This document shows positions 54,364-64,000 of a stretch of 64,000 nucleotides of DNA, in pieces. The stretch's first letter is position 1. The number at the start of each line of letters is the position of its first letter. The stretch comes from Armatimonadota bacterium (GTDB lineage Bacteria; Armatimonadota; SYMT01), in assembly GCA_041690135.1 (NCBI GenBank), contig JAWLHY010000007.1:359261-423260 (forward strand), given 5' to 3'. Under the pieces are notes generated by a model. That model saw only the letters and a program-made list of their open reading frames with translations. It searched no databases and had not been told where the DNA came from. Made by a program: the position numbers and the translations under genes.

Positions 54364-57300
54364 ATGCGAACTCACGGAATAGTTGCAGCAGGATTGGCGG
54401 CAGGCTGGTGTACAGTAGCGGCTGTCGCGGCGGCGCCGAAGGCGCCCGCGAAGAAAGTGGCTGGTACCGCCGCTCCGCAGGCCACCCAACCGCAGGGCGC
54501 CGCCCCGGCCATCCCGCGCGACCCCACGATTTCCGCGGAAGCCGAAGAGTTTTTCGAAACGAAGATCCGCCCGGTGCTGGCGGAGAAGTGTTACTCGTGC
54601 CATGGCGCGAAGTTGCAGCAGGCCGGTCTCCGGCTCGATACCCTGGCTGGGGCCTTGCGTGGCACGGACCAGAACGTGCCCGCCGTGGTGCCGGGCGATC
54701 CGGAAAAGAGCAGCCTGATCCACGTCGTCCGCTTCGACGGTAAGATCAAAATGCCGCCGCAGGGCAAGCTGGCCGCGGCGGAGATCGAAGCACTCACCCA
54801 GTGGGTGAAGATGGGAGCTCCCTGGCCGGGTAAGGGCGGCAAGTTCGACTCCTCCGCGCAGAAGAAGGGGCCGGATCCGGCGAAGCACTGGGCGTTCCAG
54901 CCGTTGGTCAAGCCGGCCCTTCCCACGGTGAAGCGGAAAGGGTGGGTGAAGTCGCCCATCGATGCGTTCGTGTTGGCCAAGCTGGAAAAGAAGGGCTGGA
55001 CGCCCAATCCTTCGGCCGATCGCTACACCCTGATCCGCCGGGCCTACTTCGATCTGATCGGGCTCCCGCCTTCGGCCGCTGACGTGCAGGCATTTGTGAA
55101 CGACAAATCGCCGACGGCTTTTTCCACCGTAGTCGATCGTCTCCTGGCCTCTCCGCAGTACGGGGAGCGCTGGGGCCGCTATTGGCTCGACGTGGCCCGT
55201 TACGCTGATACGAAGGGCTACGTGTTCCAGGAAGAGCGGCGCTACCCCTTCTCCTACACGTACCGCGATTACGTGATCCGGGCGTTCAACGAAGATAAGC
55301 CGTACGACCGGTTTCTTCAGGAGCAGATTGCTGCGGACCACCTGGTGCAGGGGGATGACAAGGAAGCCCTGGCTGCTATGGGCTTCCTGACTCTCGGTCG
55401 GCGCTTCCTGAACAACATCCACGACATCATCGACGACCGGATGGACGTGGTGTTCCGCGGGACGCAGGGGCTTACGGTCGGCTGCGCGCGCTGCCACGAC
55501 CACAAGTACGACCCGATCCCGATCAAGGATTACTACTCCCTCTACGGGGTGTTTCGCAGCTCGGAAGAGCCGAAGGACCTCCCGCTAATCGCCCAGCCGG
55601 AGCGGAATGCGGCTTATCTGGAGTATGAGAGGAAGCTGAACGCCCTGGAAGGGGAGGTGCAGCAGTTTCTGCAGAAGAAGCACGGAGAGTTGATGGCCAC
55701 GGCGCGCGGCAAAATCGCCGAGTCACTATTGGCAGCGCGGGAGGCGCGTCCCGGAGCCGACTTCGGCGCCATTGCCGCGAAGTACGGTCTTCCGGATGAG
55801 TTGGTCCGGCGATGGCAGCGCTTCCTGGCGGAGACCGGTAAGGACCACCATCCCATCCTGGCGCCCTGGTTCGCCTTCGCCGCCGTGCCGGAGAATGAGT
55901 TCGCGGCGAAGGCTCCGGCTCTCGCCACCCGCTTTGCCGCTAATGCGGATTCACAGAAGCCGCTCAACACCCATGTCGCCCGGGCATTCATGGGGGCTCC
56001 TCCGGCCTCGTTGAAAGACGTGGCCGATCGCCTGGCGCAGGTGTTGACCTCCGCCACCGACGATGAGCAGATCAAGCACGCGCTCGATTCCATCGGTGGC
56101 CCGTTGAACATACCGGTGGGGGAGGTCGAGCGCTTCTTCAACCGGGCGGATAACAACCAGGTGCGGGCGCTACGGCAGAAAGTAGATCAGTTCAAAGCCA
56201 CGTCCCCGGCCGCGCCTCCCCGGGCGATGGTCCTGGTGGATACGAAGCAGCCGTTCCAGCCGCGGGTATTCGTCCGCGGCAATCCCAACAACCCGGGCGA
56301 CCAGGTGCCGCGGCAGTTCCTCACGGTGCTGGCAGGCTCGCAGCCCCAGCCGTTCAAACAGGGGAGCGGACGCCTGGAACTGGCGCAGGCGATTACCAGT
56401 CCCAGCAACCCGCTGACCCCGCGGGTGATGGCGAACCGGGTTTGGCTGTGGCACTTTGGGTCCGGGCTGGTGCGTACCCCTAGCGACTTCGGCCTGCGGA
56501 GCGAGCCTCCGACCAATCCGGAACTGCTCGATTACCTCGCCGCACGGTTCCGGGAAGATGGCTGGTCGATCAAAAAGCTGCACCGCCTCATCATGCTCTC
56601 CAGCACCTATCAGATGAGCAGCAGCGACAATCCCACCTACGGCAAAGTCGACCCGGAGAACACGTTCCTCTGGCGGATGAACCGGCGTCGCCTCGACTTC
56701 GAGGCGCTACGCGACTCCATGCTGGCGGCCTCCGGAAAGCTGGACCTGACGCTGGGTGGGCCTTCGGTCGATATCACGCAGCAGCCGAGCCCGCCACGGC
56801 GCACGGTCTACAGCTTCATCGACCGCCAGAACCTGCCGGGCGTGTTCCGGGTGTTCGACGTGGCGAGCCCGGATACTCACAGCCCGCAGCGCTACCAGAC
56901 CACGGTGCCGCAGCAGGCCCTCTTCCTGCTGAATAGCCCGTTCCTGATCGATCAGGCGACGGCTCTCGTCAAGCGCCCGGAGATCAGCGGCGCCGCGAAT
57001 CCCGAGGAACGACTCCGGCAGATTTACCGGATCGTTTACTCGCGGGATCCCGCTCCGGATGAGCTGGCGCTCGGTCTGAAGTTCCTGAATGCGGCCGAGG
57101 GGATGGCTGCCGAGAGGCAGCCCGTGTGGCAGTTTGGGTTTGGCGCCGTCGATCCGGCCGCCAACCGGCTGAAGTCGTTTTCGCCGCTGCCCCACTTCAC
57201 GGGCTCCGCGTACCAGGGCGGGCCCTCGCTTCCCGATGCCAAAACGGGATGGGTGATGCTGAACGCGCAGGGCGGCCACGCCGGCAATGATCTGAACCAT

Positions 57301-57708
57301 GCCGCCGTGCGCCGCTGGACCGTCCCGCAGGATGGGGTTTACCAGGTTTCGGGCACGGTGGTGCACGCCCGGCCCGAGGGTGATGGGGTGCAGGCGCGGA
57401 TCATCTCCAGCCGCACGGGACAACTGGGGCAGTGGACCGTCTTCAACACGAAGGCCGAGGCGGCCGTTAGCCGGGTGCAACTGAAGAAGGGTGAGACGCT
57501 CGATTTCATCATCGATTGTCGTACGAACTCGAACCATGACTCCTTCACCTGGGTTCCGGTGATCCGTTTAGTGCAGCCCGCTGCCGCGGGTGCGACGGTG
57601 GAGTGGGCCGGCAACAAGGGCTTCGGCGCCGCGCCGCGCTCGCTGGGTGCCTGGGAGAAAGTCGCGCAGGCGCTGCTACTCTCCAATGAGTTCGCGTTCG
57701 TCGACTAA
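54364..57708 (+). CDS. PSD1 / planctomycete cytochrome c domain protein (PSCyt1-DUF1549-DUF1553)
   Basis: Signal peptide, CYSCHG, HWAFQP, YGERWGRYWLDVARYADT, CARCHDHK and PELLDYLA. Confidence 0.92.
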   Translation: MRTHGIVAAGLAAGWCTVAAVAAAPKAPAKKVAGTAAPQATQPQGAAPAIPRDPTISAEAEEFFETKIRPVLAEKCYSCHGAKLQQAGLRLDTLAGALRGTDQNVPAVVPGDPEKSSLIHVVRFDGKIKMPPQGKLAAAEIEALTQWVKMGAPWPGKGGKFDSSAQKKGPDPAKHWAFQPLVKPALPTVKRKGWVKSPIDAFVLAKLEKKGWTPNPSADRYTLIRRAYFDLIGLPPSAADVQAFVNDKSPTAFSTVVDRLLASPQYGERWGRYWLDVARYADTKGYVFQEERRYPFSYTYRDYVIRAFNEDKPYDRFLQEQIAADHLVQGDDKEALAAMGFLTLGRRFLNNIHDIIDDRMDVVFRGTQGLTVGCARCHDHKYDPIPIKDYYSLYGVFRSSEEPKDLPLIAQPERNAAYLEYERKLNALEGEVQQFLQKKHGELMATARGKIAESLLAAREARPGADFGAIAAKYGLPDELVRRWQRFLAETGKDHHPILAPWFAFAAVPENEFAAKAPALATRFAANADSQKPLNTHVARAFMGAPPASLKDVADRLAQVLTSATDDEQIKHALDSIGGPLNIPVGEVERFFNRADNNQVRALRQKVDQFKATSPAAPPRAMVLVDTKQPFQPRVFVRGNPNNPGDQVPRQFLTVLAGSQPQPFKQGSGRLELAQAITSPSNPLTPRVMANRVWLWHFGSGLVRTPSDFGLRSEPPTNPELLDYLAARFREDGWSIKKLHRLIMLSSTYQMSSSDNPTYGKVDPENTFLWRMNRRRLDFEALRDSMLAASGKLDLTLGGPSVDITQQPSPPRRTVYSFIDRQNLPGVFRVFDVASPDTHSPQRYQTTVPQQALFLLNSPFLIDQATALVKRPEISGAANPEERLRQIYRIVYSRDPAPDELALGLKFLNAAEGMAAERQPVWQFGFGAVDPAANRLKSFSPLPHFTGSAYQGGPSLPDAKTGWVMLNAQGGHAGNDLNHAAVRRWTVPQDGVYQVSGTVVHARPEGDGVQARIISSRTGQLGQWTVFNTKAEAAVSRVQLKKGETLDFIIDCRTNSNHDSFTWVPVIRLVQPAAAGATVEWAGNKGFGAAPRSLGAWEKVAQALLLSNEFAFVD

Positions 57709-57756
57709 AGAAGGCGAGCCAAAGGAAGGCGAGCCAGATGATCGTGAGGCAGGGTC

Positions 57757-58584
57757 ATGCGGTGCGGCTGTAGTGTGAGACGCATACAGTTCCCCTGGGA
57801 CTGGAGGGTGGGCGGGCGAAAGATCCTGGGGCTCACCCTCCTCTGCACCTTCGCAGCCGGTGTTGCCGCCGTCGCCGCCGCCGGTAGGCGTGCCTACGTG
57901 GCCGCCGGAACCCTGGCCGCACCGGAGGCGAACCAGGCCGCGGCGGCGGACCGGCAGTGGGTCTACGCCATCGACAATGGCGTGGTGGCGAAGTACGATC
58001 GAACGAGCGGCCGGCGCGTGGGAGTGAGCACCGGCGCGGCCAGCCATCTGAATAGCGGGTTCCTGTGGGAGGGGCGCCTTTATTGCGCCCACTCCAACTA
58101 CCCAAAGAAGCCGGAGCGCAGCGAGATCATGGTGCTCGACCCGGCGTCGATGGAATTGCAGTCGTTCAAGAACTTCGGCGAATACCGTGGGAGCCTTACC
58201 TGGGTGCTGCGGAAGCAGGGCGCCTGGTGGTGCAACTTTGCGCACTACGGCGCGGAGAACGGCAAGACCGTCCTTGTGAAGCTGAATGACGATTGGAAAG
58301 AATTAGGGGCCTGGACCTACCCTCCCGGGGTGATCCGGGAGTTGGGACAGTACAGCCTCTCGGGCGGAATCTGGCGGGGTGAAGACCTGCTGGTGACCGG
58401 CCACGACAAGCGGGAAATCTATCGCCTGCGCCTGCCGAAAACGGGGACGGTGCTCGAGTATCACGAGACGATGGCTTCCCCGTTTCCGGGACAGGGAATC
58501 GCCGCCGACCCGGCCACGGGCGGGCTGGTTGGAATTGAGCGGGCGAAGCGCCGCGTGATCTTTGCGGAACTGAAAGAGGAGTGA
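57757..58584 (+). CDS. Secreted hypothetical protein (beta-propeller-like)
   Basis: Hydrophobic N-terminus, EANQAAA, HLNSG, CAHSNYP, SGGIW and GQGIA. Start uncertain. Confidence 0.7.
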   Translation: MRCGCSVRRIQFPWDWRVGGRKILGLTLLCTFAAGVAAVAAAGRRAYVAAGTLAAPEANQAAAADRQWVYAIDNGVVAKYDRTSGRRVGVSTGAASHLNSGFLWEGRLYCAHSNYPKKPERSEIMVLDPASMELQSFKNFGEYRGSLTWVLRKQGAWWCNFAHYGAENGKTVLVKLNDDWKELGAWTYPPGVIRELGQYSLSGGIWRGEDLLVTGHDKREIYRLRLPKTGTVLEYHETMASPFPGQGIAADPATGGLVGIERAKRRVIFAELKEE

Positions 58585-58590
58585 AACGGG

Positions 58591-60042
58591 ATGTCGAGAC
58601 ATTCGCCTCAACTGGAGAACTACTTCCTGACCCGGCGCGAGTTGCTGGGCCGCTGTGGAATGGGTTTCGGCGCCCTCGGGTTTGCGTCGCTCATGGCCGA
58701 CCTGGGCCTCGCGGAGCCCGCGCAGGCGGCAGGGTTCACCAACCCGCTCGCGCCCAAGCAGCCGCACTTCCCTGCAAAGGCGAAGCGGGTCATCCACCTC
58801 TTCATGAACGGGGGTCCGTCCCACGTGGACACCTTCGATCCCAAGCCGATGCTCCAGAAGTATGCCGGCAAGCCGCTCCCGTTCCAGAATCTGCGCACCG
58901 AGCGGCGTACCGGCGCGGCCTTCCCGTCGCCCTTCAAGTTCCAGAAATACGGGCAGAGCGGGATCGAGGTCTCCGAACTCTTCCAGCACACGGCGAAGCA
59001 CATCGATGACATCTGCGTGATCCGCTCGATGCATGCGGACGTGCCGAACCACGAGCCGTCGCTCCTGCTGCTGAACTGCGGCGACGCGCGGCAGATCCGG
59101 CCCAGCATGGGTTCGTGGGTCACTTACGGCATGGGCACGCAGAACATGAACATGCCCGGCTTCATCGCCATGTGTCCCGGCGGCTACCCGATCCAGGAGT
59201 CGCAGAACTGGCAGGCCGGCTTCCTTCCCGGAGTGTTTCAGGGTACCTACATCGACTCGCAGCACACCGACATCGAAAAACTGATCCAGTTCATCCGGAA
59301 CAACTACCAGACGCTGCAGGAGCAGCGCCAGCAGATCGATCTTCTCCAGGCGCTGAACGAACGGCACCAGGCAAAGCGCCAGGCCGACTCGCAACTGGAG
59401 TCTCGCATCCAATCGTTCGAGCTGGCGTACCGGATGCAGATGGAAGCCGCGGATGCTTTCGATGTGAGCAAGGAGCCGGAACACATTCGCAAGATGTACG
59501 GCGAGGGAACGCAGGCCCGGCAAATCCTGATTGCGCGACGCCTCGTGGAGCGCGGCGTCCGCTTCGTGCAGGTCTGGCACGGTGCCGGACAGCCGTGGGA
59601 CAACCACGATGACCTCGAGGTGAACCACCGCCGTCTGGCGGGCCAGTGCGACCAGGCGATCGCCGCCCTCCTTACGGACTTGAAGCAGCGGGGCATGCTG
59701 GAAGACACGCTGGTGATCTGGGGCGGCGAGTTCGGCCGTACCCCCACGGTGGAACTGCCGACACCGGGCGCCAACTCCGGCAAGATCAACGGGCGCGACC
59801 ACAACCATTGGGGCTACACCACCTGGATGGCAGGCGGCGGCGTGAAGGGCGGTTACGTCCACGGCGCCACGGACGAGTTCGGGTTCAAAGCCGAAGAGAA
59901 GAAGGTCCACGTCCACGACCTGCAGGCCACCATTCTGCACCTGCTCGGCTTCGACCACGAGAAGCTGACCTACCGCTACGCCGGTCGCGACTTCCGCCTT
60001 ACGGACGTTCATGGTCACGTAGTCAAGGATATCGTCGCCTGA
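58591..60042 (+). CDS. DUF1501 domain protein
   Basis: TRRELL, AKRVIHLFMNGGPSHVDTFD, WDNH and GGEFGRTP...GRDHN. Confidence 0.92.
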   Translation: MSRHSPQLENYFLTRRELLGRCGMGFGALGFASLMADLGLAEPAQAAGFTNPLAPKQPHFPAKAKRVIHLFMNGGPSHVDTFDPKPMLQKYAGKPLPFQNLRTERRTGAAFPSPFKFQKYGQSGIEVSELFQHTAKHIDDICVIRSMHADVPNHEPSLLLLNCGDARQIRPSMGSWVTYGMGTQNMNMPGFIAMCPGGYPIQESQNWQAGFLPGVFQGTYIDSQHTDIEKLIQFIRNNYQTLQEQRQQIDLLQALNERHQAKRQADSQLESRIQSFELAYRMQMEAADAFDVSKEPEHIRKMYGEGTQARQILIARRLVERGVRFVQVWHGAGQPWDNHDDLEVNHRRLAGQCDQAIAALLTDLKQRGMLEDTLVIWGGEFGRTPTVELPTPGANSGKINGRDHNHWGYTTWMAGGGVKGGYVHGATDEFGFKAEEKKVHVHDLQATILHLLGFDHEKLTYRYAGRDFRLTDVHGHVVKDIVA

Positions 60043-60149
60043 TCCTTTGTGAAACATACTACCGGCCGATAGGAGGACCTCTTCTTCTGCGGCGCTGAAC
60101 ATCCTGTGGCACTTCGGCAGTGCAAGAGGTGCCACAGGAGTTTTGTTAG

Positions 60150-61937
60150 GTGTACCGTCGTTTCACATCCCTGCAGGTCCCCGGCGCGCGTCGCTTCAGT
60201 TTTGGTGCCGCTTCGGCTGTCCTGTTCCTTTCTCTCCTCGCCGGTATGGTGCCGGCGAACCGGCCCGAGGCCGCTCCACGCCGGACATCGGATTTCACCT
60301 GGACCGGCTTTGCCGGAACCGAGGGCGGCAGCCTCCCCGCGGAAGATCGTGCCGAGGCCGTAACCTTTGACACGCAGGGCAATGTCCTGGCGGCGGGATA
60401 TATCCGGAGGTGGGTGGACAGGCAGAGTTCGGATGTGTTTACCATCGGCAAGTGGCATCCGACCGGGGCGCGAGCATGGGTGCGGCAGTTTGAGGAAAGC
60501 CCCTTCTCGGTTAACCAGGCGCAGTGTGTTGCTACGGCCGCGGATGGGAGTGCGGTTGCGGGTGGTTTCGGCACGGACAGCACCGGTAACGAGCACTTTA
60601 CCGTCGCGATGTGGGATACCCACGGGGACCTGGTCTGGCTCCGGAAGCTGGATCGCTCACCGATGTTCGACGAGCGTGTGAGGGCGGTTGCTGTCGACCC
60701 CCAGGGGAATGTGATTGCCGCGGGGACTTCCTTCTCAGATGCCACGGCCTGGGATGTCACCGTGGTGAAGTTCCGGGGCTCGGATGGAGAGCCCCTATGG
60801 GTCCATCATATTGACGGCACGGAACGCTCCTTTGATAAGCCTCGCGCGATGGTGCTTGACCGCCAGGGGAACGCCTATATCGGCGGCGAGCTCGGCACCT
60901 GGGACGGCAGTTCATGCGCCGTCATGAAAGTGCGGGGCGATGACGGGGAGGTGTTGTGGATCAACAGTATCGACCTTCCGGAGGGACTGGGTGGGGGAGA
61001 ACAGGTGAACGCGTTGTCGATCATCTCCGATGAGGATGTAGTGGCGGTCGGCACGGCGGTTGGCGGCCTTAGCTTCTACGACTTCGTGGTCGGCCGCTTC
61101 GATGGGGACGATGGCACTCTCGAGTGGAGCCACCGACACGACTCAGGTGTGGGACAGCGGATGGACGAAGGGGTCGCCGTGGCGGTGGATCGTCACGACA
61201 ACGTTCTCGCGCTCGGAAACGTGGAGTCCCTCGACGGCAATAATCTACTGCTCTTGAAGCTCGGCGGCGATGGAGTGCTCCAGTGGCAAAGCCGTCTGTC
61301 CAACCCGCTGGCCCGGCGGCATTTCGCATTCAGCCGCGGGGTCGCCCTGGTCGTGGATGACCGCGATGATGCGCACGTGGCGGCGCAACTCTCTTCCCAT
61401 GAGGGAGAGACGGCTGCCCTGGTCACGTGGGATCACAGCGGAACACAGCGCACGGTCCGCTATCTTTCGCAGCCCCAGTCCGGGCAGTTCGAAGTTCCTG
61501 AGACTCTTGCCGTTGACCGGCGCGGGAACCTGGCGTTCGCGGGGGCCTGGACTTCGATGCCGGGCGCAGGCAATTTCGTGGTGGCCTATAGCGCCAGCCG
61601 GCGGGTAGAACGCCTACAGGTTTCCCCTTCCTACCTCCATTTCCGCGCGACGAGACTGGGCCATAGCGCGATGCGTCCATTGGTGATTCGGAATGCCGGC
61701 ACTGCCGAACTGACGGGAGAGATCTCCGCGTCCTCCCCGGAGTTCCAGTTGTTGGATGCAGAGGGTGAGGAAGTGACCACGCGGGAATTCCAGCTGGCTC
61801 CCGGCGTGCGATTGGTGCTGAATGTCCGCTTCACCCCCGAGGCCGCCGGCGTCCGGCGTGGGTCGCTGGTGATCTCCAGTTCCGATCCCCGGCGCCCCAC
61901 CGGTCGCGTGGTGCTGACGGGGTTGGGCCGGAAATGA
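60150..61937 (+). CDS. Secreted beta-propeller repeat protein with C-terminal Ig-like (ASH/choice-of-anchor D-like) domain
   Basis: Repeated AVAVD..GNV.AAG blades and a C-terminal IRNAGTAEL...VRFTP...LVISSSDP...LTGLG. Confidence 0.75.
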   Translation: MYRRFTSLQVPGARRFSFGAASAVLFLSLLAGMVPANRPEAAPRRTSDFTWTGFAGTEGGSLPAEDRAEAVTFDTQGNVLAAGYIRRWVDRQSSDVFTIGKWHPTGARAWVRQFEESPFSVNQAQCVATAADGSAVAGGFGTDSTGNEHFTVAMWDTHGDLVWLRKLDRSPMFDERVRAVAVDPQGNVIAAGTSFSDATAWDVTVVKFRGSDGEPLWVHHIDGTERSFDKPRAMVLDRQGNAYIGGELGTWDGSSCAVMKVRGDDGEVLWINSIDLPEGLGGGEQVNALSIISDEDVVAVGTAVGGLSFYDFVVGRFDGDDGTLEWSHRHDSGVGQRMDEGVAVAVDRHDNVLALGNVESLDGNNLLLLKLGGDGVLQWQSRLSNPLARRHFAFSRGVALVVDDRDDAHVAAQLSSHEGETAALVTWDHSGTQRTVRYLSQPQSGQFEVPETLAVDRRGNLAFAGAWTSMPGAGNFVVAYSASRRVERLQVSPSYLHFRATRLGHSAMRPLVIRNAGTAELTGEISASSPEFQLLDAEGEEVTTREFQLAPGVRLVLNVRFTPEAAGVRRGSLVISSSDPRRPTGRVVLTGLGRK

Positions 61938-61977
61938 TCCGGGAAGGCCCGTTTGTGCTCGCGGAGCAGGAAAAGCA

Positions 61978-62355
61978 ATGTCTCAACAACCTTCAGATCA
62001 ACCAGAGCTTCCCGAGAGGGATGCTTGGCACCCTCACTGGCGGGCCATGTACGACCACTGCGCGAGCAAGCCGGACGCCGTGGAAGACCACCCGTGGGGT
62101 GAGACCGTCTTCAAGGTGGGGAGCACCACCGGCAAGATCTTCGCGTTTCTGGGGGTGCCGGAGCGCCCGCGCGTCACCGTGAAGCCGGTGCCGGACGAAC
62201 TGGAAGGCCTGCTGGCGCTCTCGTTCGTGGAGAAGGCGCCCTACATCGGCCGCTATGGCTGGGTCTCACTCAAGGTCGAGGACGAAGCGGCGCTCGACCT
62301 GGCGCTCGAGCTCATCGACACCACTTACGCGGGGCTGAAGAAACGAAAGCGGTGA
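61978..62355 (+). CDS. MmcQ/YjbR family DNA-binding protein
   Basis: EDHPWGETVFKVG...KIFA...APYIGRYGWV. Confidence 0.85.
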   Translation: MSQQPSDQPELPERDAWHPHWRAMYDHCASKPDAVEDHPWGETVFKVGSTTGKIFAFLGVPERPRVTVKPVPDELEGLLALSFVEKAPYIGRYGWVSLKVEDEAALDLALELIDTTYAGLKKRKR

Positions 62356-62364
62356 GGCGCCTGT

Positions 62365-63261
62365 TTACCAGTCGAGCACGGGCGGGAAGTACTCGGCAAT
62401 CAGGTCCTCATAATAGGGCCGCAGAGCGGCGGCGTCGGGGCGCTCATCCGCCTTGGAGTAGAGGTCGTACGGGTTGAAGGCCCGCACCCAGTGGAACAGC
62501 TCCCGATCCCGGTCGTTCATCAGGTGTTCGTAGGCTCGCTCGCGGTGGCCGGAATAGAAGGAGTGGTACCGGATCATCACCAGGGCTTCCGGGGGCAGGT
62601 GGTCCCGCACGACGTGGTGCAGGTACTCGTCGTGTCCCCAGGAGAGATGGACCTGGTCCAGGCCGCAGCCCTCCTCATAGATCCCACACGCGGACTGGTA
62701 TGCGGCCACTCGGGTGTCCGGGTTCTCCGCAAAGAACTCTGGAAAGACGATCCGGTCCGAAAAGGCGCAGCCGACCGGAAAGGTGTCGCCCACGACCGCC
62801 CACTGGGGCTCGCCGAAGAGGCAGAGGATCTTCCCCAGGTCGTGAATGAGCCCGGTAAGGATGAACCAGCGGGGATGCCCGTCCGCGCGGATCGCCTCTG
62901 CCGTTTGCAGCAGGTGCTCGAGTTGGGTGAGTTCCGTATCCGGATCGCTGTCGTCCACCAGCGTGTTGAGGAACTCCATCGCCTCCCAGATCCCCATGCG
63001 GCGCATCCGGAGCGGGAGATACTGCGCCTTCTTCGCGAGGACGAAGTCGAGGGTCTGGTACTGGTGGTTCAGCCGGTAGAACTCCTTCACCGACGGCCGG
63101 GCCTCGGTGCGGTAGTCCCGGAATGCCTCCTCGGGCTTGCTGTTCCTTCCCGCGGCGTCTGCACCTGTGGCCACGGCGGATCCACCGTACCGCTCCTTCA
63201 CAAAGTCATCCCATTCATCCGGATGGCGCAGGGGTTCGGTTTGCGAAGCGCGTTTATTCAT
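62365..63261 (-). CDS. myo-Inositol oxygenase (MIOX)
   Basis: [58 protein letters not shown] and FNPYDLYSK. Confidence 0.92.
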   Translation of the reverse strand: MNKRASQTEPLRHPDEWDDFVKERYGGSAVATGADAAGRNSKPEEAFRDYRTEARPSVKEFYRLNHQYQTLDFVLAKKAQYLPLRMRRMGIWEAMEFLNTLVDDSDPDTELTQLEHLLQTAEAIRADGHPRWFILTGLIHDLGKILCLFGEPQWAVVGDTFPVGCAFSDRIVFPEFFAENPDTRVAAYQSACGIYEEGCGLDQVHLSWGHDEYLHHVVRDHLPPEALVMIRYHSFYSGHRERAYEHLMNDRDRELFHWVRAFNPYDLYSKADERPDAAALRPYYEDLIAEYFPPVLDW

Positions 63262-63342
63262 GGTGGTCCCACAGCATGCACGTGAGGATCGAGTTCGATC
63301 CTTACCCGCCTCCAGTTTACCGAACTCGGGATGGTCGGAAAA

Positions 63343-63910
63343 GTAGCACAGGGCGGGTGTCCCTTGGGCGATGCCCGTTGGTTACGGTATGAGCAAGACC
63401 AGGACCATACGCATGCCCTTGGTCACGGCTGCGCCTGCATTGATCGCTGTACTTGCGCATGTCGTGCACCGCATTTTCAATGAGTACGCTCTGCACTCAC
63501 ATCGGGAAGCGTACTTGCGCCGGGTGGTTACCCAGGCCGACCAATGGTAAGGCACCCCGCTGTGTGGGGCAAACCCGACGCGCCGAAGTATCACCCCATG
63601 GCTGCGGAGGCGCAAATCACGGCCGGGACGCTGTGCGCGAGCTTGCCGCGGCACTGTGTTCACGAGCGATGGTGTTCTTTTCAAATCGCGAGTACCGCAT
63701 ACTAAACGCGGTCGGCCGTGGGCATCAGTTCCTAAGGTTTGCACGCTATGCCCGTACCGTCACCAACGCCCACGAGGGGCTCTGCTACCTCAGGGCCACC
63801 CCAATACCTGGCGCCATGGTCAATGGGATGCTTGGATGCAAGACATACAGCTCACTTCCGAGTGCACCGAACTCCGCTGGTTCCCAAAGGTAGCACAGGG
63901 CCTCGTGGGG
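63343..63910. repeat. Cluster of three GTAG-headed REP-like copies (family A)
   Basis: Copies at 63343-63389 (+), 63755-63790 (-) and 63889-63910 (+) share GTAGCA(C/G)AG... with 17542-17577. Confidence 0.7.
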
Positions 63911-64000
63911 CTGTGAAAGTACTAAGCCATATTGTGTGTCCAAGTACTAAGCTGGGCAGAAAGGAGCCGTGCGGGTCGGCGGTGAACCTTACCGCAGATC

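Noticed and set aside
63389-63550. 53-codon ORF between REP-like copies
   Set aside because: No RBS or recognisable motif, and it lies within repeat-derived sequence.

Overview
GC-rich bacterial chromosome segment. DUF1501 and PSD1/planctomycete-cytochrome-c genes suggest Planctomycetota or Armatimonadota (inference). Positions 1 to ~17000 form a defence island, visibly lower in GC from ~3.4 kb, built around DNA phosphorothioation. It holds a dnd-associated putative methyltransferase, an IS630 element, and a pbeABCD-like operon (PLD-helicase, small protein, SMC ATPase, dnd-associated protein 4) converging on a complete dndBCDEA operon. Two uncharacterised genes (one a Zn-finger/GIY-YIG nuclease) and an HNH relic lie upstream of dndB. 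The rest is mostly core or accessory metabolism: sucA-sucB-lpdA, acnA, ABC-2 exporters, YegD-like Hsp70, trpS, aroA, an ATP-dependent ligase and MIOX. Intergenic regions are rich in short tandem repeats and GTAG-headed REP-like hairpins. The most notable details are a cytochrome P450 whose axial Cys is Ser, an AhpD-like selenoprotein (CxxU plus a SECIS-like hairpin) that the ORF track splits in two, and an ECF sigma / XRE-HTH / ImmA-IrrE protease triad. All family assignments come from motif recognition, not database searches.
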